Shown here piece by piece: positions 27,273 through 37,509 of a DNA stretch of 54,695 nucleotides. Origin of the DNA: a virus (Duplodnaviria > Caudoviricetes); IMG/VR virus record IMGVR_UViG_3300009124_000017, positions 1-54,695 of that record; one strand, given 5' to 3'. Each line of letters starts with the position of its first letter. Position 1 is the stretch's first letter. The notes under the pieces were generated by a model, which saw nothing but the letters and a program-made list of their open reading frames with translations, was not told where the DNA came from and made no database searches. The position numbers were made by a program, and so were the translations under genes.

Positions 27273-29518
27273 TATGCATTAGCTCCTGACAATGATGGTT
27301 CTCCATTAGGGTTTCTTACTGGAAGATTAGCACCTGATGCAGATGCTCTTCTTGCTTGGGCAGCTGCTGATCTTCTATCTTGTGTTCCTGGTGCTGGTAG
27401 TACAATAGGTGGTAATGTTGTTGGTCCTGCTGGTGCTGATGGTGGTGCTGATGGTGTTTGCGGTGTCGCTGTAGGAGATGCGGGTGCTGCAGGTGGGGTT
27501 GTTGGTGTAGTTATTTGACCACCAACAGTAAAGTATGAGTCTGCAAGACCAGCGCCGTCAGCAGGGTTGCCAGCTGATGTATAATATTCCCAATGTAAGT
27601 GTGCTCCTGTCGAACCACCCCCTCCAGGATTTCCAGGAACACCACCAACTTTACCAACCAACGTTCCAGGATAAACTGTTTCACCGTTACTCACACTAAC
27701 TTCACTTAGGTGAACATATCTCGATTCTGTTCCGTCCTCATGTTGAACTCTAACAATACCAGAGACTTCACCTCCTCTTGTAGGAGGAGCGACTTCTACT
27801 ACTTTTCCTCCTTTCTTTAATCCAATAGGTTCACCTTCTGGAATAGCATAATCAATACCCCAATGCATTTTTTGAGTTCCATAGATAGGATGTCTTTGCA
27901 TACCATATCCACGACTTGCTCTGTATTGACCAACAGATCCTCCACCTGTAACCATTCCACCTGCACTAATACCTGTGGCATTTCCTCCAGTAGCTGCATT
28001 AACTGCATTACCTGTTCCAGTTTTACCATTACCTTTACCTGTTCCTGGTGATCCAACCATCATCGATGCCTGTGCAGGAGCACCAAAGAATGCGGTAATC
28101 AGATTAGCAGGTAATCCAAATGCAGCAGCAGCAGGAACAAACAAACGTGACAAAACTGGACGGAACAGTTTAGCAATGCCACCCATGTTGTTGATAACAT
28201 TACCAACGACAGACATAAGTAAACCACCTGCTGCCATCGTAGGTAATTGCAATACCTTAGCAAAAGGATCTGCTTTCTTTGCGTTTTCTTGATTGCCTTG
28301 AACTGCTGATGTCAGTTTGTTCTGTGGAATAATTGCTTGTCCTGTTGTTGGATTGTCAACAATACCACCAGCAGCAAATTTCTCTCGGGGAGTAGGTTTT
28401 GAGTGTTTAATGACTCCACCACTTGCAAACTTTGTTGGCGAAGATTCCATCCTTGGAGTAAATTCACCCTGTCCATGCATTCCTCCACGATCACCAGCAC
28501 CTCTACGTGCCCATGGTGTGGGAGAGTTCATCGGTTGTGGTCCGATAGGAGCAGTGTATTGTGTCCTGCCTCTGCTCAAGTTGCGTGATGCACCTCTGCG
28601 TCTGCCACGCCTACTGAACATACCTAAATTAAATCCACCTCTTCGACGACCACCTCTTCTTCTGCCACGACGACCACGACGACCACCAAAACCAAGTCTG
28701 TCCAGACCAAAGTCAAGCAGTCCACCAAATAGTTTTTTTAATGTAGATCCTTCTCTACGATTATCAATGCCTGCAGTACCAGCACCTGGATCTCTAGCTT
28801 CTGCTAATGCTTCTGCTCTTGCTTGCTTTGCATCATCAGCTTCTTCTTTTTGCTGTTCTAACTGCTCCTGTGAAATCTTTAACTGCTTTTCTTCAATCTT
28901 ATTATTCTTAGAGAAGAACTTTCTAATGCTACCTACATTCTTACTGAGATTTACTACAGTCTTAGGTGTCTGATCTTTTTCTTCTACAGATTTAAGATCA
29001 CTAATTTTTTTCTCAAGAAGACTAATCTTCTGAATAATATCAGTAGCAAGTGATCCTAAGATGCCACCATCTTGAACTGCTTTTGGTGACTGCGGTGTTT
29101 CTCCAGGTGGTGTTTGTTTTCCTACCGATTCTGCTCTTAGCAGTGCTTCAAATCTTTTCTTCTTATCTAATGCTGGATCATTTTGATCAGCAGGATCCAT
29201 TTGGAAGAAACCTTTGGTTCTTCTTTTCAGATCTCCACCAAACTCAGCACCAAGTGCTTTCTTTGCAATGAAACCAAACTCTTGAGAATCTAAATCTTCT
29301 TTTCTTTTTTGTAAGTCTTTTAGTTGCTGCTTCTCTTCGTCTGTTTTGTCTTCTTTTTTGTCCAGTTCAGCAATCTGTTTAGATAGTACACCCTTCTCCT
29401 CATCACGCTTTCGTCTTGATTGTGCTGCCATCGTTAGAGCACTACCAATCTTCCCGCCAATAGCTCCAGCGAGATTTCCATATTGGGGTGCTTCGTAACC
29501 TACGGTGCCTGCTGCCAT
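27272..29518 (-). CDS. Hub/tape-measure-like protein with C-terminal M23 peptidase
   Basis: HWGIDY, YVHL and GAHLHWE zinc-binding motifs of M23/LytM peptidases; coiled-coil N-terminus. Confidence 0.8.
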   Translation of the reverse strand: MAAGTVGYEAPQYGNLAGAIGGKIGSALTMAAQSRRKRDEEKGVLSKQIAELDKKEDKTDEEKQQLKDLQKRKEDLDSQEFGFIAKKALGAEFGGDLKRRTKGFFQMDPADQNDPALDKKKRFEALLRAESVGKQTPPGETPQSPKAVQDGGILGSLATDIIQKISLLEKKISDLKSVEEKDQTPKTVVNLSKNVGSIRKFFSKNNKIEEKQLKISQEQLEQQKEEADDAKQARAEALAEARDPGAGTAGIDNRREGSTLKKLFGGLLDFGLDRLGFGGRRGRRGRRRGGRRRGGFNLGMFSRRGRRRGASRNLSRGRTQYTAPIGPQPMNSPTPWARRGAGDRGGMHGQGEFTPRMESSPTKFASGGVIKHSKPTPREKFAAGGIVDNPTTGQAIIPQNKLTSAVQGNQENAKKADPFAKVLQLPTMAAGGLLMSVVGNVINNMGGIAKLFRPVLSRLFVPAAAAFGLPANLITAFFGAPAQASMMVGSPGTGKGNGKTGTGNAVNAATGGNATGISAGGMVTGGGSVGQYRASRGYGMQRHPIYGTQKMHWGIDYAIPEGEPIGLKKGGKVVEVAPPTRGGEVSGIVRVQHEDGTESRYVHLSEVSVSNGETVYPGTLVGKVGGVPGNPGGGGSTGAHLHWEYYTSAGNPADGAGLADSYFTVGGQITTPTTPPAAPASPTATPQTPSAPPSAPAGPTTLPPIVLPAPGTQDRRSAAAQARRASASGANLPVRNPNGEPSLSGANA

Positions 29519-29519
29519 G

Positions 29520-29575
29520 CTCGACTTTTTTTGCTAAAAATTGGCGGGAAAAATTTTTCGGGATTTATGTAATCA
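29520..29575. repeat. Dispersed ~55-nt intergenic element, copy 2
   Basis: TCGACTTTTTTTGCTAAAAATTGGCGGGAAAAATTTTTCGGGATTTATGTAATCA. Confidence 0.8.
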
Positions 29576-29606
29576 AATAGTGAATTTAGTTTCACCTATG
29601 TATTTA

Positions 29607-32600
29607 TCAATTAGTTTGCAACCTTGCTGCCTTTAAGTTAGCAAGAGTTGTTTGTCTTCCTGTACTATCATAGTAGAACTTAGCAATGCCTTCACCAGTA
29701 TCAACACTCTTTTGATAACCAATAGGAACAGTTTCTCCTGAGTATATGATAGGTTGAATTTTAATCGCATCAAACCTATCGTTTGCTTCCATCTTTGCAA
29801 GGTTAGCAGGCATAGATGGTGCTGTAATTTGAGGGGTGTTTAAAGGAGCATTTGGATTACCACCAAGTGCAGTAATAGCTGCAGTAACTTGATCCATAGA
29901 GAGAGGAGAAGTTGGTGGTGCATGTGGATTCTCTGGTCCTACATGATCTGCTGAACTGTCTGCTGCTGATGGTGATGGTGGAGCAGATGGTGGTGGAGCA
30001 GTAGGAGCAGTAGGAGATCCTCCTGCCTTCACTGCCTCTAACGATCCTCTAACATCTGCTGGAGTTATGGAACTTGACTGTCCTGGGTAAGCAAATGATC
30101 CATCAGACTTTGGTAATGCAGCCCATTCATATGCCAAATTATCCATAAATGCTTCTGTAGATAGTTTGCCCGCTAACCAATCATCTCCACCTCTACCAGG
30201 AATATTAACTTTAGATGCTATTAAGTCTTGGTTTGCTGGACTATACAAATCTGTATCTGGATCTAAACCAGCTGATCTTGCTCTGCCAACAAGATGTTCT
30301 GGGAGTTGTTGATACATACCAACTGCGCCAGTCGCTGTTCTAGCAACCTCAGAAATTGTCATAGTAGTTGCTCCAGGTAACGTTGTGCTTGGATACATTG
30401 CTTCGTAGTTACCACCAGATTCTTTAGAGGCAATAAGTGATAATAATGGACCCCACTTGCCACCTACAGGTCCACCCCTATATGGATTTACTGCTGGTGC
30501 ATTACTTGTCATAGAACTTTGAGCAGATGCACCGCCTGATCCACCACCACCGCCACCACTTCCAGGAATGTTGATGCCTACCTTCTGTCCAACAGATTTA
30601 ACAGCATCAACACCTTTGCCAACAACTTGTGAGACATTAAAGTTTGCAATACCAAACAGTCTCTCAAGTGTTCCAATCTCTTGCTGAATGTATGGTTTTA
30701 CAGGACCAGATAAAGTTTCAGTAATTTGAGAAACAATACCAAGAATAAATGGCATTGAAGATAGTGCAGTATTCTGTACTGATGATACTTCATCAACTAC
30801 CTTCCTACCTTCAGTAGAACTGAGACTAAAGTGCGATTCTGGTCCTGCTTCACCAGTCATGATGCCACCAGATGCAAACTTGGTAGGTCCATGCAATCCT
30901 AATGGATCATTGAGATCATTAGGAAGATTTTCTACGGAACCACTGCCACCTGCATCTTCTAATCGTGATCCTTGAACCAGTGCTTCTCTATCACCAGCAG
31001 ACATGTCCTCTGTGCTTGGTGCTTCTTTCAATGCTTCACGTTTACTATCATCTGCTTCATCTCTTGCTGACTTGGGAGCACTACCAACACCTCCTTCGCC
31101 AGTAACTGCATCATAGATAGCACCACCAACTAAGTCACCAACAATACCACCAGCAATCGTGCCGACACCAGGGATAGGAATCAGTGAACCTAATGCAGCA
31201 CCAAGTGTAGCACCAATTGCTTTTGCTGCTGCTCTACCTACAGATTCTCCCAGTGCAAGAGACACAACGAAGTCAATCAGTCCACCAACAATAGGGATAC
31301 GTTTGAAGATAGGACGCAAGAATCCAATGACTGCTCTGCTTGAGATACCAGTTGCTACTCTGCTTACTACTGCCTGAGTGGTTCTTACTGCTGCAGACTG
31401 TGCTAATCTCCTACCACCAAGTCTTAATGCTAACCTTGTTCCTGCTCTTCTGGCACCACGTCTACCAATTCTACTTGCTGCTCTTTCTGCACCCTCAGCA
31501 CCAGCATCTAATAAAAAATCATCTCCTGTAATAAAATCCAGAGCACGATCCAACATGCTTCTGTCATTGCCACGATCATCACCACCATCATCATCGTCGT
31601 CTTCATCTTCTTCATCATCACGGCGATTATCAACCTCTGCCGTGTCTGCCATTGGATCTCTTTCTTCGGCAGTATCCTCTACCTCAAGAAGTTCAGCATC
31701 ACCTTTCTGTTCATTAGTAAATGCTATAAAATCTTTCTGAATTTCAACAGATTTTTTCTTTAACTCATTACTCTCTTTGATTTCTTCGGTAGCTTCCTTA
31801 ACTTCTATCTGTTGAATTTCATTTGCTACCTTAGATTGCTCTGCTTTCTTTTTCTTAAGAGCAATAAGTTCATCTAATTTTGCTGCTACTTTATCAAATG
31901 CACCAGGAATACCTGACCTTTGTGGTCCTTGGACTGGAGGAGGGAGTGGTCCCTGCTCATTCATGTAAGGTTTTATACTCGCAGCAAACCTTTGACTCCT
32001 ACTTAGTGCAGGATCTTGTGTATCATCTGGGTTAGCAGAAAAATATCCTTTAGTTCTGTTTACTAAATCACCACCAAACTGATTAGTTAATGCCTTACCA
32101 AGATAAAACATTGGTTTCTTGGCAAGTCCTTTGTCAGCACGTCTTGCTTGTGCTGCCATCTTAAATGACTGACCAACTTTAGCACCAAGAAACTCAGCAA
32201 GAGTATCACTCTGTGGAGTTTTTTCTACAGTGATAGCACTTGCGCGTTGCTTTCTTGATACTAATGTTCTTACTACCTCACGCTTCTTTGCTGGTGCAGT
32301 ATCTTCATCTGGATCTTGGATGCTTTTGATTAGTGGACCAAGAAGGTTGCTTTCAAATGCTTCGCCCATTCTCTGGGCAGTGCTAACCTTCTCTTGTGTA
32401 TCAACTTCTTTAGTTGCACCACGATAAATTATACCACCAGACCTACGGCGTGGTAGTTTTATATATTTCTTTGCTACAAAGGGTGCCTCTACTGTGACCC
32501 TAAGTGGTTCTGGTTTATCTGATTCTGGTGGGGGAGCAGGAATTTCTACGACTTGTAGTTCAACTGCAACATCTTTAGGTCCAGGATCTTCTGTTGTGGT

Positions 32601-32915
32601 ATTGGATGGTGGAGGAGAGACTAAATATCTGTCAATCAACCATTCTTGATACTCTCTTTCTGCTTCGCCACTGGTGCTACCAGTTTGAAGCATAGGATAT
32701 CCATCCTCATCCTGCTTCATGTTAGCAATAATCTTATCAGCATCACTGGAAGACAACTGCCTGTCATGAAGCTTGAAGTAACTGGTGCCGCTATCATCTT
32801 TGCCACCAATTAGTTTTGCTTTGACACGATTGAAGATCGCATCCTTCTGACCGCCACCAGGCACACCACTTCTATACCATTCTACTGATGCTGGTGCGGG
32901 CAGATTAAACTTCAT
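29607..32915 (-). CDS. Tape-measure/hub-like protein with lysozyme-like (muramidase/transglycosylase) domain
   Basis: LLSLIASKESGGNY..ATGAVGMYQ..NQD..EWAALP; RIPIVGGLIDF and GSLIPIPGVGTIAGG tape-measure-type segments. Confidence 0.7.
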   Translation of the reverse strand: MKFNLPAPASVEWYRSGVPGGGQKDAIFNRVKAKLIGGKDDSGTSYFKLHDRQLSSSDADKIIANMKQDEDGYPMLQTGSTSGEAEREYQEWLIDRYLVSPPPSNTTTEDPGPKDVAVELQVVEIPAPPPESDKPEPLRVTVEAPFVAKKYIKLPRRRSGGIIYRGATKEVDTQEKVSTAQRMGEAFESNLLGPLIKSIQDPDEDTAPAKKREVVRTLVSRKQRASAITVEKTPQSDTLAEFLGAKVGQSFKMAAQARRADKGLAKKPMFYLGKALTNQFGGDLVNRTKGYFSANPDDTQDPALSRSQRFAASIKPYMNEQGPLPPPVQGPQRSGIPGAFDKVAAKLDELIALKKKKAEQSKVANEIQQIEVKEATEEIKESNELKKKSVEIQKDFIAFTNEQKGDAELLEVEDTAEERDPMADTAEVDNRRDDEEDEDDDDDGGDDRGNDRSMLDRALDFITGDDFLLDAGAEGAERAASRIGRRGARRAGTRLALRLGGRRLAQSAAVRTTQAVVSRVATGISSRAVIGFLRPIFKRIPIVGGLIDFVVSLALGESVGRAAAKAIGATLGAALGSLIPIPGVGTIAGGIVGDLVGGAIYDAVTGEGGVGSAPKSARDEADDSKREALKEAPSTEDMSAGDREALVQGSRLEDAGGSGSVENLPNDLNDPLGLHGPTKFASGGIMTGEAGPESHFSLSSTEGRKVVDEVSSVQNTALSSMPFILGIVSQITETLSGPVKPYIQQEIGTLERLFGIANFNVSQVVGKGVDAVKSVGQKVGINIPGSGGGGGGSGGASAQSSMTSNAPAVNPYRGGPVGGKWGPLLSLIASKESGGNYEAMYPSTTLPGATTMTISEVARTATGAVGMYQQLPEHLVGRARSAGLDPDTDLYSPANQDLIASKVNIPGRGGDDWLAGKLSTEAFMDNLAYEWAALPKSDGSFAYPGQSSSITPADVRGSLEAVKAGGSPTAPTAPPPSAPPSPSAADSSADHVGPENPHAPPTSPLSMDQVTAAITALGGNPNAPLNTPQITAPSMPANLAKMEANDRFDAIKIQPIIYSGETVPIGYQKSVDTGEGIAKFYYDSTGRQTTLANLKAARLQTN

Positions 32916-33094
32916 CGCTGATTTTGTTGCGCTTTGATTTGTTCTTCTTTTTCTTTAATCCACTGGTTAAGAAGAGAGACGTAGACAGTCCTCTCCCATG
33001 GCATCATACCTTCAATCTCAGTCAAAGAATATTTATGGTGTTGCATGAGAGAGAAGTTTGTTCTAAAATAGTTTTCTAACGTATTATAGAACAT
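32912..33094 (-). CDS. gp51: Baseplate hub assembly catalyst
   Basis: NF.LMQHHKYSLTEIE.MMPWER.VYV..L motif; synteny with gp26. Confidence 0.85.
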   Translation of the reverse strand: MFYNTLENYFRTNFSLMQHHKYSLTEIEGMMPWERTVYVSLLNQWIKEKEEQIKAQQNQR

Positions 33095-33096
33095 GC

Positions 33097-33813
33097 TTAT
33101 CCGAAAAAAGACTGCAAGCCCTCCAACGTGTAAGTCGATTCAACACCAGTCTTAGGATTAGTTACCTTGAATTCATGACGAAGCACAGGCATAGATGTAA
33201 AGAATTGTTTGACGCTTTCAAATTGTTTCTGTGTAAGTGACTCTACAAACTGAATCTTTTCTTCCATTGTAGTAGTGCTATCATCATACACTTCTTCACC
33301 TTCATAAATTTGATCGATGCAATTAGCAACAGTTTCAAATACTTTTTGAGGATCATCCAGGTCAGTGCCCATCAGTGTTAAGTCAACAAATTCATCCAGT
33401 CCAGGATACTTCATGATCATACCAACATTATCTGTTAGTTTGATTTTTTTATCGTGACCTTCAGGAATAGAAACTTTTACACTTGAGATGTCAAGTTTAT
33501 AATCTACTCTGGTTTCATTGTCATCCAGACAGGTGATCTTCATGTCAACATCTTCACCAACAGATGCTGCTCTGATCTTTAGGAACAAATATTCCAAGTC
33601 AAATGTTGCAAGATCTTCAATTTTAATTCTTGATAAGACGCAGCTCTTTACAATATTTTTGACTGCATCTTTTACTTCTTTCCTGTCCTCACTTTCTGTA
33701 GCAAGTAACAAAATCTTCTCTTCTTTTACAAGGAAAGGACGATACTTAATCTTCTTTCCTGTAGATGGCAACTCAGTTTCATAAGTTGGTGTTGCCAATG
33801 ATGGTAATGCCAT
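33097..33813 (-). CDS. gp26: Baseplate hub subunit
   Basis: MALP...PTY..ELPSTGK.IKYRPFLVKEEKILL..FDLEYLFL.IRA.SVGE..GLQSFFG. Confidence 0.92.
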   Translation of the reverse strand: MALPSLATPTYETELPSTGKKIKYRPFLVKEEKILLLATESEDRKEVKDAVKNIVKSCVLSRIKIEDLATFDLEYLFLKIRAASVGEDVDMKITCLDDNETRVDYKLDISSVKVSIPEGHDKKIKLTDNVGMIMKYPGLDEFVDLTLMGTDLDDPQKVFETVANCIDQIYEGEEVYDDSTTTMEEKIQFVESLTQKQFESVKQFFTSMPVLRHEFKVTNPKTGVESTYTLEGLQSFFG

Positions 33814-33818
33814 AATAA

Positions 33819-34604
33819 TTAACCAGAATATCGTTGAATGTTGTTGTAGGTAATGGTATGTTTAGAATAATAAAAGTTTGCCGTCACTTTAGTTGCTTGA
33901 GATGTTCCTGCAGATAGAGGAACAGCATCAATAGCATAAGGGAAACAGTCAAGCAATGTATATGCTACTGATGCTCTACCATTAGAAGCATTCTGTCCCT
34001 TCTCAGTCTTAGTGATCAAACATTTTGCCATGTAATCTTCAGGATAATTCAATCTAACTGTTCTTTCAGATAGAATGTTGTTGCCCTCGGTGGCATTTTC
34101 TTTGACTGTTGAAAGTCTTTGACCATTTACAGTAACTGGAGCAATACGTTCGTTATTAGTAGAATACTCCTCGAAGATATGACCATACCAAGTGTTTAAG
34201 AACTTCAATGGTGTCAAGTCTGCATCACAAATCCACCCCAATTGAAAATCAGTGTAGAGTCTGGTGTGTGCATAGTTTACCTGACCTTCGCCAAGTATTC
34301 TACCAGTAGTTTGACCAGTCATCGCAGAAACGTTTGGAAGTTGTGCTTCCTCACAAAAATATTTCAGCACCATGCCCTTTGAGTTAACTGCTCCTCCAAA
34401 AAGATTACCAGCAACAGAACCTTCTTGGTCACCAACACCTTGGGTTCCACCCAGTTGTAAATTAAATCCAAGCTTGCCAAGTTTACTAATTAATGAAGTT
34501 TGTTGATTGTTTACGGTAGGAAACACCCATTCTACATCATAATTATTGCTATACGATATGCCGCCATGAGCAACAATCGTTTGCATGAAGTTTTTAATTG
34601 ACAC
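33819..34604 (-). CDS. Tail-tube-like protein (gp54/gp19 family)
   Basis: CEEAQLP..WY..I..Y.L.DCFP.AI..V.L..V.A.F.Y pattern; synteny. Confidence 0.65.
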   Translation of the reverse strand: MSIKNFMQTIVAHGGISYSNNYDVEWVFPTVNNQQTSLISKLGKLGFNLQLGGTQGVGDQEGSVAGNLFGGAVNSKGMVLKYFCEEAQLPNVSAMTGQTTGRILGEGQVNYAHTRLYTDFQLGWICDADLTPLKFLNTWYGHIFEEYSTNNERIAPVTVNGQRLSTVKENATEGNNILSERTVRLNYPEDYMAKCLITKTEKGQNASNGRASVAYTLLDCFPYAIDAVPLSAGTSQATKVTANFYYSKHTITYNNIQRYSG

Positions 34605-34605
34605 G

Positions 34606-34637
34606 CTAAATAATTGTGGTGGTATATTTATATTTAT
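34606..34637. promoter_or_regulatory. Overlapping opposed late promoters: CTAAATA (+) at 34606-34612 and TATAAATA (-) at 34625-34632
   Basis: Both motifs lie in the 31-nt gap between divergent late genes. Confidence 0.65.
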
Positions 34638-35073
34638 GGCATATTCAGGGATCTATAAGCCCAAACATCCACAGAAGTATAAGGGTAACCCTACCCGTAT
34701 CGTTTACAGAAGTCTGTGGGAACGTAAGTTTATGTATTTCTGTGACATGAACACCTCCATAGTTGAGTGGGGTAGCGAGGAAGTTATCATTCCTTACCGT
34801 TGTCCAACAGACGGACGGATCCACCGCTACTATCCTGACTTCTATATCAAAGTCGTGTCTAAGTCAGGCATGGTCAGTAAATATCTGATCGAAGTTAAAC
34901 CCAAGAAACAAACACAAGCACCGAATGAGAATCCAAAACGTAAGACTGCCTCTTGGAAGAGGGAAGTCCTAACCTACGCGAAGAACCGCGCTAAGTGGTC
35001 CGCAGCGGAGGACTTCTGTGAGGACAGGCAGATGAAATTTTTAATCCTCACCGAAGAACACTTAGGAGTCTAA
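34636..35073 (+). CDS. gp4: Head completion protein
   Basis: MAYSG.YKP.HPQKY.G.P..IVYRSLWE..WGSEE..YYPDF..IEVKP; start reassigned to MAYSG. Confidence 0.92.
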   Translation: MAYSGIYKPKHPQKYKGNPTRIVYRSLWERKFMYFCDMNTSIVEWGSEEVIIPYRCPTDGRIHRYYPDFYIKVVSKSGMVSKYLIEVKPKKQTQAPNENPKRKTASWKREVLTYAKNRAKWSAAEDFCEDRQMKFLILTEEHLGV

Positions 35074-35075
35074 CA

Positions 35076-35738
35076 ATGGCACAAGGATTTAAGTCTGTTC
35101 AACGCACTAAGACTTATACCAGAACCAACACTCTATTTGAAAAAGTATCTAATGCAGCAGGAGGAGAGAAGCAAACTCTCTCATGGTATAAAGCTACAGT
35201 AAAGCAAGCAGCATCAAGTTACAAGCAAGACTTAAGTAAGTTCGTAAGAGACGAACATCAAACTAACCAAGATGAAAATACCCTTCGTCGCTTCACTAAA
35301 GAAGGGCACTTGTTTATGTTTGAATACAAAGCAAAGATGAAACATCTTCCATACTATGACAAGAATCCTCTGGTGTATGTCGTTAAGGCATCACCAACAG
35401 AATTCTTTGGAGCAAACCTACACTACATGAATCCAAAGAAGAGGATCCAAGCGGTGCAAAAACTTATGAAGGGTAGGATTGACATTCCTAAGATATGTTT
35501 TCATAAATACCTACAGGATCATGTTGATGGTCTCCTTCTGGACATTGCTGCCGACGAATGGGACACCGCTATACTATTACCAACTGAAGACTTTGTAAAA
35601 AATATTGGTTCTACTCAGTTCCCTTACGATAAAGAACTTGTCTGGGAAGAAACAGCAGAATCTTTCTACGATAAGATCAAAGGTAGCAGAGTAATCAAAG
35701 GTTACGGAACTAAACAGTCTAAGGAGATGGCGAAGTAA
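35076..35738 (+). CDS. gp2: DNA end protector protein
   Basis: F.Y.AK...LPYYD..PLV..FFG.NLHY..P..R..FHKYL..A..LP.E.F. Confidence 0.8.
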   Translation: MAQGFKSVQRTKTYTRTNTLFEKVSNAAGGEKQTLSWYKATVKQAASSYKQDLSKFVRDEHQTNQDENTLRRFTKEGHLFMFEYKAKMKHLPYYDKNPLVYVVKASPTEFFGANLHYMNPKKRIQAVQKLMKGRIDIPKICFHKYLQDHVDGLLLDIAADEWDTAILLPTEDFVKNIGSTQFPYDKELVWEETAESFYDKIKGSRVIKGYGTKQSKEMAK

Positions 35739-36850
35739 TGGCATATAGTTCTGCCGAAGAAACACAAAATACAGACCCGAATGGTGCTGAAGCAGCACAG
35801 ACTTCTAATGCTGCTGCCTGGGAAAAGGGTGAAAAAGTAAAGTATTCTTTCAAAGGAGACAGAAGTGCTCAACCTACATTAGATTCAAAGAGCAGACTTT
35901 CATATCCATACGATAAAGTTTACTCAAATTTCACTGACTATGTAAAGTTTACTTTTGTCGAATACAATCCTCCCTTTTCTAATCTTGGATCAAATGAATT
36001 TATTGACAAGGATGGTAAACAAACAGCCCTAAAAGGTGGCGAAGCACTTAACATTTACAACAATAGCATTGGAGAATTTGTGAATGCTGGACTCCCTACT
36101 ATTGTAATGTACATGCCCGAAGATGTTGGTGCATCGTATGGTGCTAGCTGGGGTGGTAAAGGATTTACAAACACTGGTGCAGATATTATGCGTGGGGCAG
36201 GAAACCTCCTGAACAGTGGCAGTGCTATTGATAGCATTGGATCAACCCTACAAAACATGGGCAATGCAATGAAGAGAGGAGAAGCATTATTAGCTAGCGG
36301 TATTTCTGGAGCAATGAATGCGTTGCCTGGTAAAATTGGTGGTTCAGTTGACGTTAATGATGTTCTCGGTGGAATTGGTGGTGTCATTCTTAATCCTAAT
36401 GCTGAACTGTTGTTCACTGGATTTGAACTAAGAAAGTTTGATTTAAATTTTAAGATGGCACCTCGTTCTGAAAAAGAAGCAATAATGATTCGTGACATCT
36501 GCACTACATTTAAACGTGCATCCTTACCTAACTTTGGTGCATCACCTGGCAATACATTAAACAATGTATTCAATAAAGGAAACAAACTCGCGCAAGAAAA
36601 CAACAATAGAAACTATATTGGTGTTCCCAACCTTTGTATTGTTGAATTCATGAAGGGAGAAAGTCCTCATCCATACTTAACTCAATACAAACCATGTGGA
36701 ATTCAGGGAGTCAGAATTACATACACACCTGACGGACAGTATTCTACATATAGAGATGGTTCTCCTGTAGCAACAGGTCTATCTCTCGACTTTATCGAAA
36801 GCAAACTTGTATACAGCAACGAAATTTCATACGGAGGATCTTCTTACTGA
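35738..36850 (+). CDS. gp48: Baseplate tail tube cap
   Basis: MYMP..NPNAELLF.G.ELR.F...FK.APRS.KEA..I..F..YTPDG.Y..G.PV..L.F.E. Confidence 0.88.
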   Translation: MAYSSAEETQNTDPNGAEAAQTSNAAAWEKGEKVKYSFKGDRSAQPTLDSKSRLSYPYDKVYSNFTDYVKFTFVEYNPPFSNLGSNEFIDKDGKQTALKGGEALNIYNNSIGEFVNAGLPTIVMYMPEDVGASYGASWGGKGFTNTGADIMRGAGNLLNSGSAIDSIGSTLQNMGNAMKRGEALLASGISGAMNALPGKIGGSVDVNDVLGGIGGVILNPNAELLFTGFELRKFDLNFKMAPRSEKEAIMIRDICTTFKRASLPNFGASPGNTLNNVFNKGNKLAQENNNRNYIGVPNLCIVEFMKGESPHPYLTQYKPCGIQGVRITYTPDGQYSTYRDGSPVATGLSLDFIESKLVYSNEISYGGSSY

Positions 36851-37509
36851 TGCCATACTTCAGATATCTACCAGACATTAAGTATGATACTAAACCTATC
36901 AGTTATCCGTTCTCGGAATCTGATTTTGTTGTAGCAAAGAATTTCTTTCGTAGGTTTAAACTATCAGATGATTTCCAACAGTATGCTGTATTCTTTAGAC
37001 AGTATCAGATCGGAGACTTTGAAAAACCATGGCAAATTGCCGATCAATTTTATGATAGTCCCAACTATGATTGGGTTATCTTATTAACAAATAATATAAT
37101 TAATCCATTGTTTGATTGGCCAATGGATTCATATACTTTCAGAAAGTATCTTGAAGGTAAGTATGCAGATCCATATGGAACCATCAAACACTACGAAACA
37201 TATGAAGTAAAAGATTCTGCTGGTGTAATCCAACAACAAGCAGGACTGATTGTAGACAAAGCATTCTTTGATGGTTCTAAGAAGTTTCGTGACTCTGGCA
37301 CAGGAATCACTGCACCTACGCAGGGCAGCAGTCTGTGTAAACCAGTAACTATATTTGAATGGGAAGAAGCACAGCAAGAGAAGTCAAGAGAGATCTTCAT
37401 TTTGAAACCACAATACCTTGATGGATTCATCAGTCAGTTCAGACAAGCAAACAAGTATAAAGATTCAACTGACTTCATCTCTACCAGACTGAAGAAGACT
37501 GGAGTCTGA
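36850..37509 (+). CDS. gp53: Baseplate wedge subunit
   Basis: YF..LP.I.Y..KNFFRR..IA..FY....DWVILL.NNI..P.FDWP. Confidence 0.88.
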   Translation: MPYFRYLPDIKYDTKPISYPFSESDFVVAKNFFRRFKLSDDFQQYAVFFRQYQIGDFEKPWQIADQFYDSPNYDWVILLTNNIINPLFDWPMDSYTFRKYLEGKYADPYGTIKHYETYEVKDSAGVIQQQAGLIVDKAFFDGSKKFRDSGTGITAPTQGSSLCKPVTIFEWEEAQQEKSREIFILKPQYLDGFISQFRQANKYKDSTDFISTRLKKTGV

